Source of the DNA: Pseudogymnoascus verrucosus
Taxonomy: Eukaryota
NCBI GenBank assembly: GCA_001662655.1
Contig: KV460269.1
DNA length: 64,000 nt
Direction: 5' to 3' (one strand)
Shown: piece by piece, positions 12,200-24,434 of the stretch
Layout: every line of letters begins with the position of its first letter
Position numbering within the stretch: position 1 is the stretch's first letter
Position numbers and translations under genes: made by a program
Notes under the pieces: generated by a model
Database searches by the model: none
What the model was told of the DNA's origin: nothing
What the model saw: only the letters and a program-made list of their open reading frames with translations

Positions 12200-13226
12200 C
12201 GTGATAGGTTAGGCGCTTTTCCAAAGAGAATACTATGGCAAACAGACTGATGGGGTTTTGTCGAGGCGGTTCAGAGTAGTTTGCACATGTAGAAGATCAA
12301 ACCCAACAGTGGCGTGGATGTTAGTTATCGTGAACGTCAGCTCGTCTAGTTAGGGTGGAGTAGGGGGTCTCGTTGGAGTCTACTGTATGGAAGTCAATAT
12401 TTGGCTCGTACCCCTCCCTGTACGTACTGTAGATACTGTTGGTTATTTCTCCCTGCTCGATTGGCTAGTATGTAGTAAAAAGCGGGTGGGGATGCATGAG
12501 AAGGCTGGCTATGCCATCAGCGAATTATTGGGTATAAATATAGTTACTGAGTGCAGAAAAGTATAATGTGTTTGGTGTGGTCATAACAGCTATATTTCGG
12601 GTGTTGTTCAACACATCCACAACCGTCCCCTCAAAATATGTCGATGATAAGACTCGAGGTATTGTTATATTTGGGATGCTGTACTTTGGTGAGACCACTT
12701 GATTGATCCGTATGTGATATGATATGTAAGGTAGTTATATTATGGAGCTCCTACTTGTATTTCCGAGTATTTTTATTAAAAAAATGAATGAATATAAACC
12801 TTCAAATGATCAACAGTGCCATCGATGCAGAAATATTTAGTTAATAGGTATAGATTTTTTTTAGCAGGTGAGGAAGAAAGAAAGGTCTATATGAATGCAA
12901 AAAGGGGCGTTGGGGAATACAGGGACGTGTATACATCTGCGAATGGGACTTCGAAAAGCGAGCGGCGGGACGCACTACGAGCAGACTACGGACATCGACG
13001 AGGCTGTGGTGGGGACGGTCTAGTCCAAAATCATTTTCGTTGCATCATCTTCTATCTCTGCCCCTAGCTTTTCCCTCCTACTTGGGCCCTATTATGGCCT
13101 ACACTCAAACGCCCCAGGGCGTTGGCTTTGATATCCACCACCTCCACCCGACCAATTCGGCCAATGCTAGTTAGTGACTCCTACGACCCCCTTTCTCTAT
13201 AGACAATATGCCGCGCGTGCGCTAGC

Positions 13227-16200
13227 TTACCAGTACGATGGCCTCAGACCCGAGAAGTTGCTAGCGAGCGAGTTGTCGCCCGTAGACTCCTTCTTGCGCT
13301 GGCCCGTCAACTGTACAATGTCAGCACCAATCTCACACTAGGGAACTGCCTTCGGCACATCTAAACGGAAAAGGGACATACCTCAAGCTGCACAGAACGG
13401 TGAATATGCACCAACCAATCCACATAACTCTGCGCCTCATTATTCCGATCCTCAATCAACAACCTCGCAAACTCATACTCCGCCCCATCCAACCCTTGCC
13501 TCGCCAACTGTATTGTAAGTGCTTTGCTCCCACGTACCGTACGCAGATACTCCAGGATATTGCGGACCTGCACGTTAAGGTGCGTCTCCAGCACCGGCAG
13601 CGAGCTCACGAACGGATTCAGCGCCTTGAGCGTGTCCTTGCCCTCGCCAAACAGGTCAACGAGAAGGTTCGGTGACGTTTGTGCGTGCAGCCAGAGGTAG
13701 CAGTTTTGTCCGTTGTCGAGGAGATAGACGCCGCCCGGCTCAACGCGCGAGAAGGATGCGCGGGCCGCCGGAGGCATGCGCAGGTGCGAGGTGGTGGCGT
13801 CGGGGAAGCCGTCGGCGGGGTCGAGGTTGTGGATGGGAATCATGCGGGGATAGAGATAGAGGGAGAGCTCGAGGGCGCCCATGGAGCGTAGCATGCGCAT
13901 ATCCTGGACGCGGCGATCGGTGGGTTCGTTGCCGCCCTTGAGAGCGCGCGACTTGACAAGTGCGAGCATGTACATGCTGAACTCCTTGAGGTTCTCCGGC
14001 AGGACAAGTTGGCCGGGAGGGTGAGAGCCGGAGAAGTTCTTGCGGTAGCCGGCGAGGATGTCGACGTTCTTCTCGGCGATGCTGGCGCGGATGTCTTTTA
14101 GGGTGTTCGTGGCCATCTTTGTCGCAGCTTCCTTGGCAATGAGGTTGTAGACTGCGTCCTGGTCGACGAACTTCATGCAATCCTTTGCGTTGTCACTAAC
14201 GCTTGCGATGACGTTGCAACAACGCACGCGACGCTCGCCGCTAGCGGTTGTGTAGAGGAGGGCGCTCTGGAAGTGCGCGTCGAGCTTGGAGTCGAGCTTC
14301 CCATCGTAGCTGAATAGCACACCCATCGCCTTGTCGGCGTCAATGACACCGAGCTCCACATCCGCTCCAAAGGTGTGATGAATGAAGTTGCCATGATAGG
14401 AGGCGACCTGGAGGCCGTTCGAGCAGCGGACCTTCAGTAACGCTTGGTATCCAGTTTCGCGAGTGACCGTGTGCTTAATCTCCTGTGAGAGCTTGGCGGT
14501 GTCACGCGGAGCGTGGAAGTTGGGGTAGTAGAATGTTTCTCCGCCCGTCGAAGCGGACACTTGACCTACAGTTTGTTAGCATGCTATTCGCGTCCATAAT
14601 TCGGAATCCATACCAATAGTAGCAATATCTAAGTAGCCTCCCCCTGGAGCTGCAAGGAAGAAATCGACGCCAATCCCATTTTGAAGCATACTCTCTGCGG
14701 TTTTCTTCCACAAAGGGTTTTCTGTCGTCGCAATCTTCTTGTCGGCTTCTCCGCTTGCTATCCTGTTTTCATCGCGAAGGAAGAGACGTCCGGGTCCCCA
14801 CGTTGGCAAAGCGGCTAGCGAGCATACAATCTTCCCTCCTGTCTTCTCGAGAGCTGCCACAGCGGCGTTCAGCGTTGGGAGCAATGCTGGTTCGGGGTTC
14901 TTGATCGTGGAGAAGAGAGTAGGCAGGTGGTTTAGTAATGATGTGATAATGTCCCTGAATAATGTTAGACCTTGCCATCGTGAGTAAGGTTGCTACATAC
15001 TTGGACTCATAGGGATCTACGAAGAATCCATCGCTGATGGGAACGAAGGGATCATCAACGTCTGGCATGACTATCATTTGGGCTTGCTCAAGAGATGACT
15101 ATAAATGTCAGCTTATTCGTGATTGGAGTGGAAAAGTATCTTACGTTCACGTTGTAAAAATGAATCTCTTTATCGTATGTCATAAAACCGACCTTGGCTC
15201 CAGGAGGGATTGTTCTGTGTGCATTCGGATCTGCCTGTTCGCCTTCACTTGGAGCCTGGACATCCTTGCCGTATAGTGAACTCATAATACCCTCGCAGAA
15301 AGCTTCTAGAAATCCCTTGTTGTATGACTCTTGTGTGACATCGATTATAAACAGCCATCTGATGCCTACCGGTGGTTTCGACCAGTATTCTTTAGGGACC
15401 ATAAACTCCACAGTTCCTCTCATCAACTCAGGCCGTTGTTCTCTGTCAACGCGAGCCCCTTGTGGGTTCGTTGCACAGAAGTATTCTGCCGGGACATCAT
15501 TGGGATACGTGCACATGTTGCACACGAACTTGTTGCCCCCTTGTCGGAAAACCATAAATGGGTTAATATATGCTCGGCATCTATGGCAGCGGGGAGGGCC
15601 AGCTTCGCCAAAGTCCAATACCGGTATCTCGAGCTCGCCAGCCTGCAGCGGTGCCAATGGTTGTAGGACGAGTCCCAAGGGGAGCCCAGTCGATTTTAGA
15701 CCCTCGGCGCTTGAGGGTATATTATTGACCGAAAGCCGTGTGAATTTCGGAGAGGAGTTGCCTTGGTCGTATGCCACGAAAGGGACCACCGCGGGCGGTG
15801 GCAGATGATGCTCGAATGTCGGGTAAACGTTCTCCAGATAATACTGCGCTACAACGTCTCTTGACCTTGGAATGCTGGGAATTTGGTCCGGGTCAACCTT
15901 TCCTTGCGCCGAAGCTTGCACTGGGTCACCACTGAATACTGCGTCGCCCAAAGGTCTGGCATTTGGGTCGATCATAGCAGGGTTGGCAGGGTTGAATGGA
16001 GCGCTGGCCTGCGCTGGGAATTGAGACATGAGTGGAGTGACTGGTCGGCTCACGTTGTGGCCATGTATTGATGGGTCGGCATTGAGGAAATCGGTCTGCG
16101 AGGTGCCAGCGGGCGGGATGCCATTGAACGCAGCGGAAGAGCCACCTGGCGCCTCCAAAGAATGGTATGCATGGCGGTCCTTCTTCTTCTTCCTCCCGTG

Positions 16201-16584
16201 GGCCGCGGGTTCCTCGAGCCCAAGTCCCCCCATTTGCTGCGCCAGACCACCATCTTGAGGCTGTCCACCTAAATGCTGCGGAGCAAAGCCCTGTCCCTGT
16301 CCTTGTGGATATGGCGAGGTCGGACTAAACTGAGTTGGAGGAGAAACGACTTCGTTATATTGCTGGGGTTGCTGGGGTTGCTGGGGCTGTTGGTATTGCT
16401 GGAACTGCTGGGGTTGTTGATACTGGTGGCCATCGCCATATCCCGACCCAGCTTGTTGGTAAGGCGACGGCGCAACCGGCGGACGAAACTGATTCGGTGC
16501 TTGGTTCGGAGGAACTTCTGGGTGCAATGGATCCTCCCCAGGCCTGCCGGACCCTAATGCGTGGTAGAGCTGGTAATCAGACAT
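13227..16584 (-). CDS. SEC24: COPII Sec24-family cargo adaptor (Sec24C/D, Sfb3/Lst1-like)
   Basis: Zn finger PPRCHRCRAYINPF..CNMC, trunk, helical and gelsolin regions, Q/P-rich N-terminus. Four introns; the last (13311-13381) gives ...GLRPSYW*. Confidence 0.93.
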
Positions 16585-17126
16585 CTGGCCATATACCACA
16601 ATGACGCTTGAATGAAGGAGGGGTTCTGCGTGGACTTGAAAGCGAGGGGGATAACGTCGTAAATCGTAACACTACAGAGCAACAAATTCTCAATTCTTAG
16701 AAGCCCCTCGGTGAGTTCATGGCCAAAGTGTCGTGGAGTGGTAGGGAAGTAAATAAAAATTATGGCGGGGAGATCTTGGAAGGGATATCAACACCTGTGC
16801 TTTTTGGGGGTACAAAGTACACATTGAGGTTCAACGCTAACATGGCACTACCCCTGTCATATCGATGTCTGGACGCGACGTGCTCGAAAGCTTGTGCAAA
16901 TGACAGGACTGTCATATAATTTATTGCGCCAACCTCAATAAATTCTATTGTTCGACACCAACGCAGCTCCTCTATTTCACCACAAGGCCGGAATAGGACA
17001 TTGCGCTGCACTATAAGCGCCTTTATGCGGCAGGATGAAGGGTTAGGAAGTCGGCGTGGATTCTTTACATTGAACCTCCAGAGGTGACATCACACACACA
17101 ACCTCTTTCGGACCGCCACCCTCATC

Positions 17127-20081
17127 ATGTTCAACTTCACTCCATTGGCAGGCGCTCAGTCTGAGAGCAGCGCATCACAGTCTCTCCTTGAGCTTGATGG
17201 TGGCGTGAAAGTCCTCATTGACGTCGGATGGGACGAAACCTTTGACGTAGAGAAGCTCCGGAATCTCGAGAAGCACGTTCCGACAATCTCCATCGTCCTC
17301 CTCACCCACGCAACAGTCGCCCATTTAGCAGCGTATGCCCATTGCTGCAAGCATTTCCCGCTGTTTACTCGAATACCGATCTATGCTACAACACCTGTCA
17401 TCTCGCTCGGGCGCACCCTTCTCCAAGACCTGTATGCATCAACTCCACTCGCATCGACCATCATTCCTTCCTCGTTGCTCTCCGAAACGTCCTATTCGTA
17501 CTCGAAGCCAGGTTCTGGGGAGGATGATTCACACATACTCCTACAGTCTCCGACCCACGAAGAGATTGCGAACTACTTTTCCCTCATCCACCCATTGAAA
17601 TACTCGCAACCGCACCAACCGCTTCCGTCACCATTTTCGCCGCCACTCAACGGCCTCACAATTACAGCCTACAATGCAGGACATACGCTAGGTGGGACTA
17701 TCTGGCACATCCAGCATGGTTTAGAATCGATAGTCTATGCCGTGGACTGGAATCAAGCAAGGGAGAATATTCTGGCAGGTGCGGCATGGCTTGGCGGGGC
17801 TGGTGCTGGTGGAGCAGAGGTCATCGAACAACTACGAAAACCTACTGCTCTTATTTGTAGCAGCAAGGGCGCTGAGCGGATAGCTTTGGCTGGGGGGCGG
17901 ACTAAAAGAGATGAGGCGCTTTTGGATATGATCAAGTCCGCTATCGCCAAGGGAGGAACTGTTCTGATACCGACGGACTCCAGTGCGCGGGTGCTGGAAC
18001 TGGCATATCTGCTAGAGCACGCATGGCGCAAGGACGCATCAAACCCGGAAAGCCCATTTCAGAATGCGAATCTATATTTATGCAGCAAGAACATCGGGGC
18101 AACGATGCGCTATACCAGAAGTATGTTGGAATGGATGGACGATGGGATCATCAGAGAGTTCGAAGCCATTGCCGGCGGTATTGATAGACAGCCGAACAAG
18201 CCTTCAGAGCCAAGGCAGGCTGGGGCTGGTCCTTTCGACTTCAAACATGTGCGCCTGATTGAGAGGAAAGGGGGGGTCAGTGCTGTCCTTAACAACGACG
18301 CGACAAAGGATGGCAAGCCGATGGCCAAAGTTATTCTTGCAAGTGACAGGTCACTGGATTGGGGATTTTCGAAAGATATTTTGCGAAATATAGCTGCTGA
18401 TAGCCGCAACCTGGTTATTTTGACGGAGAAAATGAGTAAGCTGCCTGACGGGGGACGAAGCTCGGGAGTTTCGAGGACGTTATGGTCTTGGTGGGATGAG
18501 AGGAAGGATGGTGTTGCGCTCGAGCAAGGCTCAACAGGAGATAGCTTGGAGCAGGTATATGGGGGTGGGCGAGAGTTGACGCTTACGGATGTAAAGCGAG
18601 AGGCATTGGAGGGAAATGAATTGCTATCATACCAACAATGGCTTGCCACTCAGCGTCAGTTACAAACGATAACTCAACCAGGAGGACCAACCGCCTTAGA
18701 CACATCTGCAGACGCAGTTGATGATGCTTCATCTGTGTCATCATCAGATAGTGAAGAATCTGAAACAGAGCAGCAAGGAAAGGCTCTCAATATCTCCACC
18801 GCGTTAGGTCAAGCCGGAAGGAAGAAGATGGGCCTCAGCGATGAAGACCTGGGCATCAACATTCTCTTGCGTCGGAAAGGCGTTCACGATTACGACGTAC
18901 GAGGCAAGAAGGGCCGTGAGAAGATGTTCCCGCTGGTTATTCGACGCAGACGAGCAGACGAATTTGGAGACTTGATTCGACCTGAGGAATATCTCAGAGC
19001 CGAAGAGCGAGATGAAGCTGAGGCACAAGATTCGCGCCAATCTGGCAAGTACGATACCCAGGACACGCTTGGAAAGAAGCGTAGGTGGGACGACGTAGTT
19101 ACCAAAGCGGACCGACGACCGTCAGATAGCGCAAACAAACGACAGCAGACCGGCTTCAATGATAGTGGGGATATTCCTGCAATCAACGACGGCGGATTTG
19201 CCAATGGCGTTTTTGATGAAGACGCTATTGAAGATGAGCTTGATGTTGTTGGACCTGCGAAAGCTATTTTCTCAACAGAATCAATCACCGTTAACTTGCG
19301 CCTGGCGTTCGTCGATTTTGAAGGGCTACACGACAAGCGAAGTCTTCACATGCTGATACCCCTTATCCAGCCAAGAAAGTTGATCCTGGTGTCGGGGTTG
19401 AAGGATGAGACTTTGGCTCTGGCACTTGACTGCCGTCGATTACTAGGAGGCGGAGGAGATAAGCAGGTTGATGTGTATACTCCGGAGGTTGGCGCAACTA
19501 TTGATGCAAGCGTCGATACTAATGCATGGGCTGTTAAGCTCACACATAGCCTTGTCAAGCAGCTTCGATGGCAGAAGGTCAAAGGCCTCGGCATTGTGAC
19601 ACTGAGCGGGCGTTTAGCTGCTGCTTTACCATCATCTACCGAATCAATTGATGGGAGCGAAGGAAACGCAAACAAGAAGCAGAAAATAGATTCGGACAAG
19701 GATTCGGAAGAAGTACCAGACAACGAATCCCAGGCGCTTCAAACCATCCCAGAACCCGAGAAAGCGTCTATGCCAGTCTTGGATACCTTACCAACGAGCA
19801 TGGCATCAGCGACTCGATCTGTAGCTCAGCCGCTACATGTTGGTGATCTCCGGCTTGCTGACTTGAGGAAAATAATGCTCTCCGCCGGATACACGGCTGA
19901 ATTCAGGGGTGAAGGAACACTCTTGATTGATGGCTGCGTTGCTGTCCGCAAACTAGGAACGGGAGCGATCGAAGTCGAGAGTGCTGGGATAGGACAGACT
20001 GGTATACCTCAACAGCGAAATACCTTTTACGCAGTTAAAATGAAGATTTACGAAGGCCTTGCGGTTGTGGCCGGCGGCTAG
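17127..20081 (+). CDS. CFT2: Cleavage and polyadenylation specificity factor subunit 2 (CPSF100)
   Basis: Intronless 984-aa ORF with a degenerate metallo-beta-lactamase/beta-CASP fold (LIDVGWD, YNAGHTLGGTIW, YAVDWNQARE) and the CPSF100 C-terminal GDLRLADLR..AEFRGEG. Confidence 0.93.
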   Translation: MFNFTPLAGAQSESSASQSLLELDGGVKVLIDVGWDETFDVEKLRNLEKHVPTISIVLLTHATVAHLAAYAHCCKHFPLFTRIPIYATTPVISLGRTLLQDLYASTPLASTIIPSSLLSETSYSYSKPGSGEDDSHILLQSPTHEEIANYFSLIHPLKYSQPHQPLPSPFSPPLNGLTITAYNAGHTLGGTIWHIQHGLESIVYAVDWNQARENILAGAAWLGGAGAGGAEVIEQLRKPTALICSSKGAERIALAGGRTKRDEALLDMIKSAIAKGGTVLIPTDSSARVLELAYLLEHAWRKDASNPESPFQNANLYLCSKNIGATMRYTRSMLEWMDDGIIREFEAIAGGIDRQPNKPSEPRQAGAGPFDFKHVRLIERKGGVSAVLNNDATKDGKPMAKVILASDRSLDWGFSKDILRNIAADSRNLVILTEKMSKLPDGGRSSGVSRTLWSWWDERKDGVALEQGSTGDSLEQVYGGGRELTLTDVKREALEGNELLSYQQWLATQRQLQTITQPGGPTALDTSADAVDDASSVSSSDSEESETEQQGKALNISTALGQAGRKKMGLSDEDLGINILLRRKGVHDYDVRGKKGREKMFPLVIRRRRADEFGDLIRPEEYLRAEERDEAEAQDSRQSGKYDTQDTLGKKRRWDDVVTKADRRPSDSANKRQQTGFNDSGDIPAINDGGFANGVFDEDAIEDELDVVGPAKAIFSTESITVNLRLAFVDFEGLHDKRSLHMLIPLIQPRKLILVSGLKDETLALALDCRRLLGGGGDKQVDVYTPEVGATIDASVDTNAWAVKLTHSLVKQLRWQKVKGLGIVTLSGRLAAALPSSTESIDGSEGNANKKQKIDSDKDSEEVPDNESQALQTIPEPEKASMPVLDTLPTSMASATRSVAQPLHVGDLRLADLRKIMLSAGYTAEFRGEGTLLIDGCVAVRKLGTGAIEVESAGIGQTGIPQQRNTFYAVKMKIYEGLAVVAGG

Positions 20082-20606
20082 GAGAGCCAAGAGAGTCATT
20101 ATGACAGCTGGAGCCGATGATAACCTCTGAACGGCTTGTATCATCACTAATTATTGCCGCTTAGCGAGCATTGTTTAAAATACGCTGTACAACTTCAAAA
20201 CCCACTGGTTTGGTTTCGCCATTGCCTCGAGTGAACACTGCAACATTCCACAAGCCATCACGTGAATAATCATCCTATCATTGTTTGTCTCCAGAACTGA
20301 TTCGGAGCTGCGACTATGAATATCCAGTCTGTCATTCACCATTTGCTAGTACGATGGCCACGTATGCTTGTCACATTGAATCACTGCAGCCTACTATATC
20401 TTGACGACGAAAGCCAGCTGGGATTTGAGAATTTCATTCCTTCACATCGACATACTAAAATCACAGCCCACCCAACAAGAGACTAAGTTATAATACCATT
20501 TATTATCTCACACCTGCTCATTCCAGGGTTCTCATATACCCTATCCCTATATTTCTTACTCAACAATCATTCCCCCCGATATCGGCGACGAAAGGGAGTA
20601 CGAGGC

Positions 20607-21359
20607 ATGGCGGATTGGGGATACAACCCGCCTCACGGCTGGGCCCAGGGCCCATGGGATAGTTTCGATGGCTTCTTTTATCAAGATCCCAGCGGCTGGG
20701 CACCCGCAGCTCATGGCTTCTTCCCCGCGCCGCCCGGATTTGGCTGGTACGAACTCCCAGGTGATGGGATGGGCGGCTATTTCGGTGATTTCACAGGCGG
20801 CTTGTCACTTGGGGGATATGGCGGCATGTGCGGCACGATGCCTTGCGACATTGGTGGCATGGGCGGTATCATGGGATACCCCGGCCTCCCGAACTTAGGT
20901 GTCGGTGGCGGTGGGCAATCGTGGCAACAACTCGGGCTCCCTGTGGACGACGGCGGAATCCCTGGGGTCAACATCAAGAATTCCACGGACGGCATCGGAC
21001 TCGAGCCGGGATACAATTACATCTTCGCCAAAGAGCATTGCAAGATCCACGTCATCAAAAGCGCGACAGCGCCCTGGCAAAACGAGGGGAATGAAACGTT
21101 CAACTACACAGCGCATGTGGTTCCGACTTGTGTGACGCTCAAGACTCTGCTCCAGCAGTTCGGATGCGACAATGAAGATCCAGGGAAGAATGTTCTCCAT
21201 GAAGTTGTTCCTGGGGGAGGAGGGAAGTGGTATCGTGGGCTGACGATTAAGGGGGACAATGGAGATCTAATGAAGAAGAAGGTCAGCGAGATGGGGTGGG
21301 ATGAGAAGAGAGATGGGAAGAAGGGAGAAGTGGTGTGGGTCTATTTCACGAAGGATTAG
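20607..21359 (+). CDS. Hypothetical protein: G/Y/F/W-rich low-complexity N-terminus plus compact C-terminal domain
   Basis: 250-aa ATG-initiated ORF with coding-like composition; globular C-terminal ~120 aa. Confidence 0.75.
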   Translation: MADWGYNPPHGWAQGPWDSFDGFFYQDPSGWAPAAHGFFPAPPGFGWYELPGDGMGGYFGDFTGGLSLGGYGGMCGTMPCDIGGMGGIMGYPGLPNLGVGGGGQSWQQLGLPVDDGGIPGVNIKNSTDGIGLEPGYNYIFAKEHCKIHVIKSATAPWQNEGNETFNYTAHVVPTCVTLKTLLQQFGCDNEDPGKNVLHEVVPGGGGKWYRGLTIKGDNGDLMKKKVSEMGWDEKRDGKKGEVVWVYFTKD

Positions 21360-21745
21360 AATGTTGTTACGTGGGAGGAGTCTTGTTGGCTAATTGGGGC
21401 AGTTTGGATGCATGTTGGACAATGATGGACGCCGCTCTTGAAGCGTTCTGCGAGATTTGATTGTGTTGCATAATTTATTCTTCCAGAAATCAATTTACAG
21501 TATGGTTGTCGAATACACCTGTTCGAACACATCCATCAACAATAACTAAGTGCTGAATTTCCCGTTAATCTGAACCTTTGCATCCTCAAATGAACCTGCA
21601 ACCTAACACCGCAAGCCATGCCACCTGTGCCAACTTAAAAGGTATACCACACATCCATTTCCCCTCCGCAACGCCATATAATAGCCACAACCTGACTTTG
21701 AACAATGGAAATACTATATACAATAGTGTACAATATGCATACCAC

Positions 21746-23578
21746 TCAGTAATACTGTCCCAGACCTCCACCCCCCCTCCCCTGTCCTTGTGGCCCAGAT
21801 GGCACGCGACCATATTCGCCCTGCTTCATCCTTTGACCCTCAGTCTGCTGCTTTTGATATGCCGTTGGTAGTGATGGGAAGTCTTCGTATGTGATTCCTG
21901 CGGCATGGCCCTGTTGCACTTGACTTCCAACGTCATCTAGGCTGCGGTAGTTGTGACCGCCTCTTCCCCTTCCTCGTCCAGGAGCAGGTGCAGCACCTCT
22001 TCCACCTCTTCCTCCGCCTCGCCCTTGCTGGTGACGCGGTTGATTAAAGCCGCCCCTCCCACCTCTACCCCCTCCATCACGGTGGTCATTTCTGTGTCCA
22101 CCACGCCCACTGGGACCCCTTGGCACCCCATCGTCTTCAATATGTTTTCGCTTGTAGGACTTATTCGGGAACAGGCTCTCGTACTCGCCCTCTTGTTTGT
22201 CCTCCTCTTCGACGCGTAACAGTACCTTCTCTCCAACTGTGGTCTCAAAAATAAACTGCTTCTCTGGTGGCACTGGTTGCCAGTTTTGTATCTTCGCAGC
22301 ATCTATTGGACGGGCGCCCTTGCGCAACGCCAACACAACAATAGGTACTGGGTTCTCAGTGTAGAACTTCGAGGACTGCGGTACGGGACGCACAGAACAC
22401 GCCCAGACCTTTGACTCAAAACTAGCTGTGCCCGTCACTTCCCAGAGAAGCTTGTTTCCAATGCCACCCACTTTGTCCAGAATCGAATTTGGCGCCGGCC
22501 GCGGCGTGATGAGTATGTTGTTCGCCAGGTACTTGAGTTCGCTCTCGGGCATGTTTTGCGGAGGGTGAACCAGGCTCAGTAGTTTCTGCGTGTCAGGCTG
22601 TGTAATCAGGTAACCGGTGTAGAAAACTGTTTTCTTGATGCACAGCCGTTTTGACCGCACTGTGGCCGTGTCTTTGGTCACGGCACCGTTGTGGTCGTTA
22701 ATTATCCGCTGGATCTCACTGGCCTCTATGACTGGATCTAGAAGCGTCGCACTATCTGCGACTTGAATAACCTCTGCTGTTATGGGACCGCGTGTTGGAT
22801 ATCCGCCAATGCCGTTTTGACGTTTATTGTAGTCCATGAAGAAATCCCTGAAGCCTTTAACATGCTTCACTCGGTCCTCGTAGATGCGTATCTCGTCGGC
22901 CACTTTATATGTCTCCATCAGCGTCTCAAGGAAGGCTTGCTTGAACAGCATCGTGCTACCAAATCGTTGGTTGTTCGGCCCTGCTTTGGGCTTCAGTACG
23001 ACCATGTCAAATGCCAATTCTCTGCTCGCCACCATCCTATTTATCAACTCCGCAAAGCCATGTTCTGAGCGCCCGGTGAGGAGAACGGTGAGTGCATCCT
23101 CTTGCTGCATGCTCAATTGTATCAGCTGTACGATCTGTTCGTTCCACCAACCCGCCCACCCACGCTTCTCTTCGAGGTCGGCTCCTTCGCCTGTTGCTGC
23201 GAGGATGCGCACATCGTGCCACCATCCTCCAGTCGCAAAGACATCCTGGGTCTGAAAGAGGCCAATCGTCGGTCCGTTCCATATCTTCGGGTTCGGTAGA
23301 GGGGAGTTGAAGACTATGAGCTGTCAGTATTCGTCAATGGGCTGGGCGCAAATCGAGGGTCTTACGGGTATTGTCAAAGTCGTAGACGTGGATCGTCTTG
23401 ATTTTATCCACCGCTACAACAGTTAGTTTGTATAGCCAAAGGCAGGATGGGAAGACCTACAAGGCAGCTGTTTGTCCGCCACAGACCAGCGGTTGAGGGC
23501 AGTAGTGGTATGGATTGTTTGCGAAGGGGCCTGCTGGCTCTTGTTGCCCCAAGAATGATGCATGCTTCCCGTGGCCAT
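21746..23578 (-). CDS. HAD-superfamily protein (Swiss Army Knife RNA repair-like HAD domain) with C-terminal RGG tail
   Basis: Introns 23414-23460 and 23314-23365 give HVYDFDNTLF (HAD motif I); LLTGR (motif II), IYEDR (motif IV); RGG repeats. Confidence 0.85.
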
Positions 23579-23920
23579 TGTGGCGCCTCGTGTATGCGTC
23601 AAACAATTGGGTCTGGTGCCTGAAGCAGATGAACTCGAGGACCGAAGCTGCAACCTTGTTTGATCGTTGTTGGTGGTGAGGCGTGGGGTGGGAGGCGCGA
23701 GGCTGACAATTCTCGACGCAAGGTTCGCTTGGGCCCGGAAAAGTTGGGGAAGCCCGTGAAGCCCATCGGAAACACCAATTTGGGCCAATGGTAGAGGAGC
23801 TCTAATAACCATCCGGACGCTGAGGAGGCCAAGTTCAGACCTGCATAATAATAATTATAATATCCGAATCTTTATGGTCTATGAATTTCTATGAATTCGT
23901 GAGGTTTAATTAGGAAAAGA

Positions 23921-24434
23921 ATGTCGACCGGGTTACCAAGACAAGCTATCCGTCTTCTACGGACCGTGACGTATCCAGAGACTTCGTCAATACTCCTCCA
24001 AGTTCACGTGAAGACGGGGGTTAAGCCACCAAAGGAAGATTCTATACTCTCTGTTGAAGAAGATCAGATTAAGCTTCAAGTCCAATCCCCAGGAGTCAAT
24101 GATCGAGCCAACACAGCCGTCAAATTGCTCCTAAGCAAGGTAAATTCCCAGAGATTGCTACCCAAGACGGAGGGTAATGCATAATACAATTATCATTTGA
24201 TCTAACGTCTCGGCCCAGGTTCTAAATGTCCCTAAAACAAATATCAACATCGTCCGAGGCGATAAGGCACACTACAAGAGCCTCTCGGTCACCGATTACA
24301 ACACCAGATGTGAGGACGATACGGAAGAACTCTCGCTCATCAAGGCGTTGCTTCTTAAAAACGCAGTTATATCCAATTCCATACCAACGCCGCCTCCCCC
24401 GCCCAAGCCCCTAGGCAAAACATCAAAGCGTTAG
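23921..24434 (+). CDS. DUF167/UPF0235 (YggU-like) protein
   Basis: LQVHVKTG..IKLQVQSP..RANTAV..LSK|VLNVPKTNINIVRG.K pattern; intron 24140-24218; stop TAG at 24432-24434. Confidence 0.75.
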
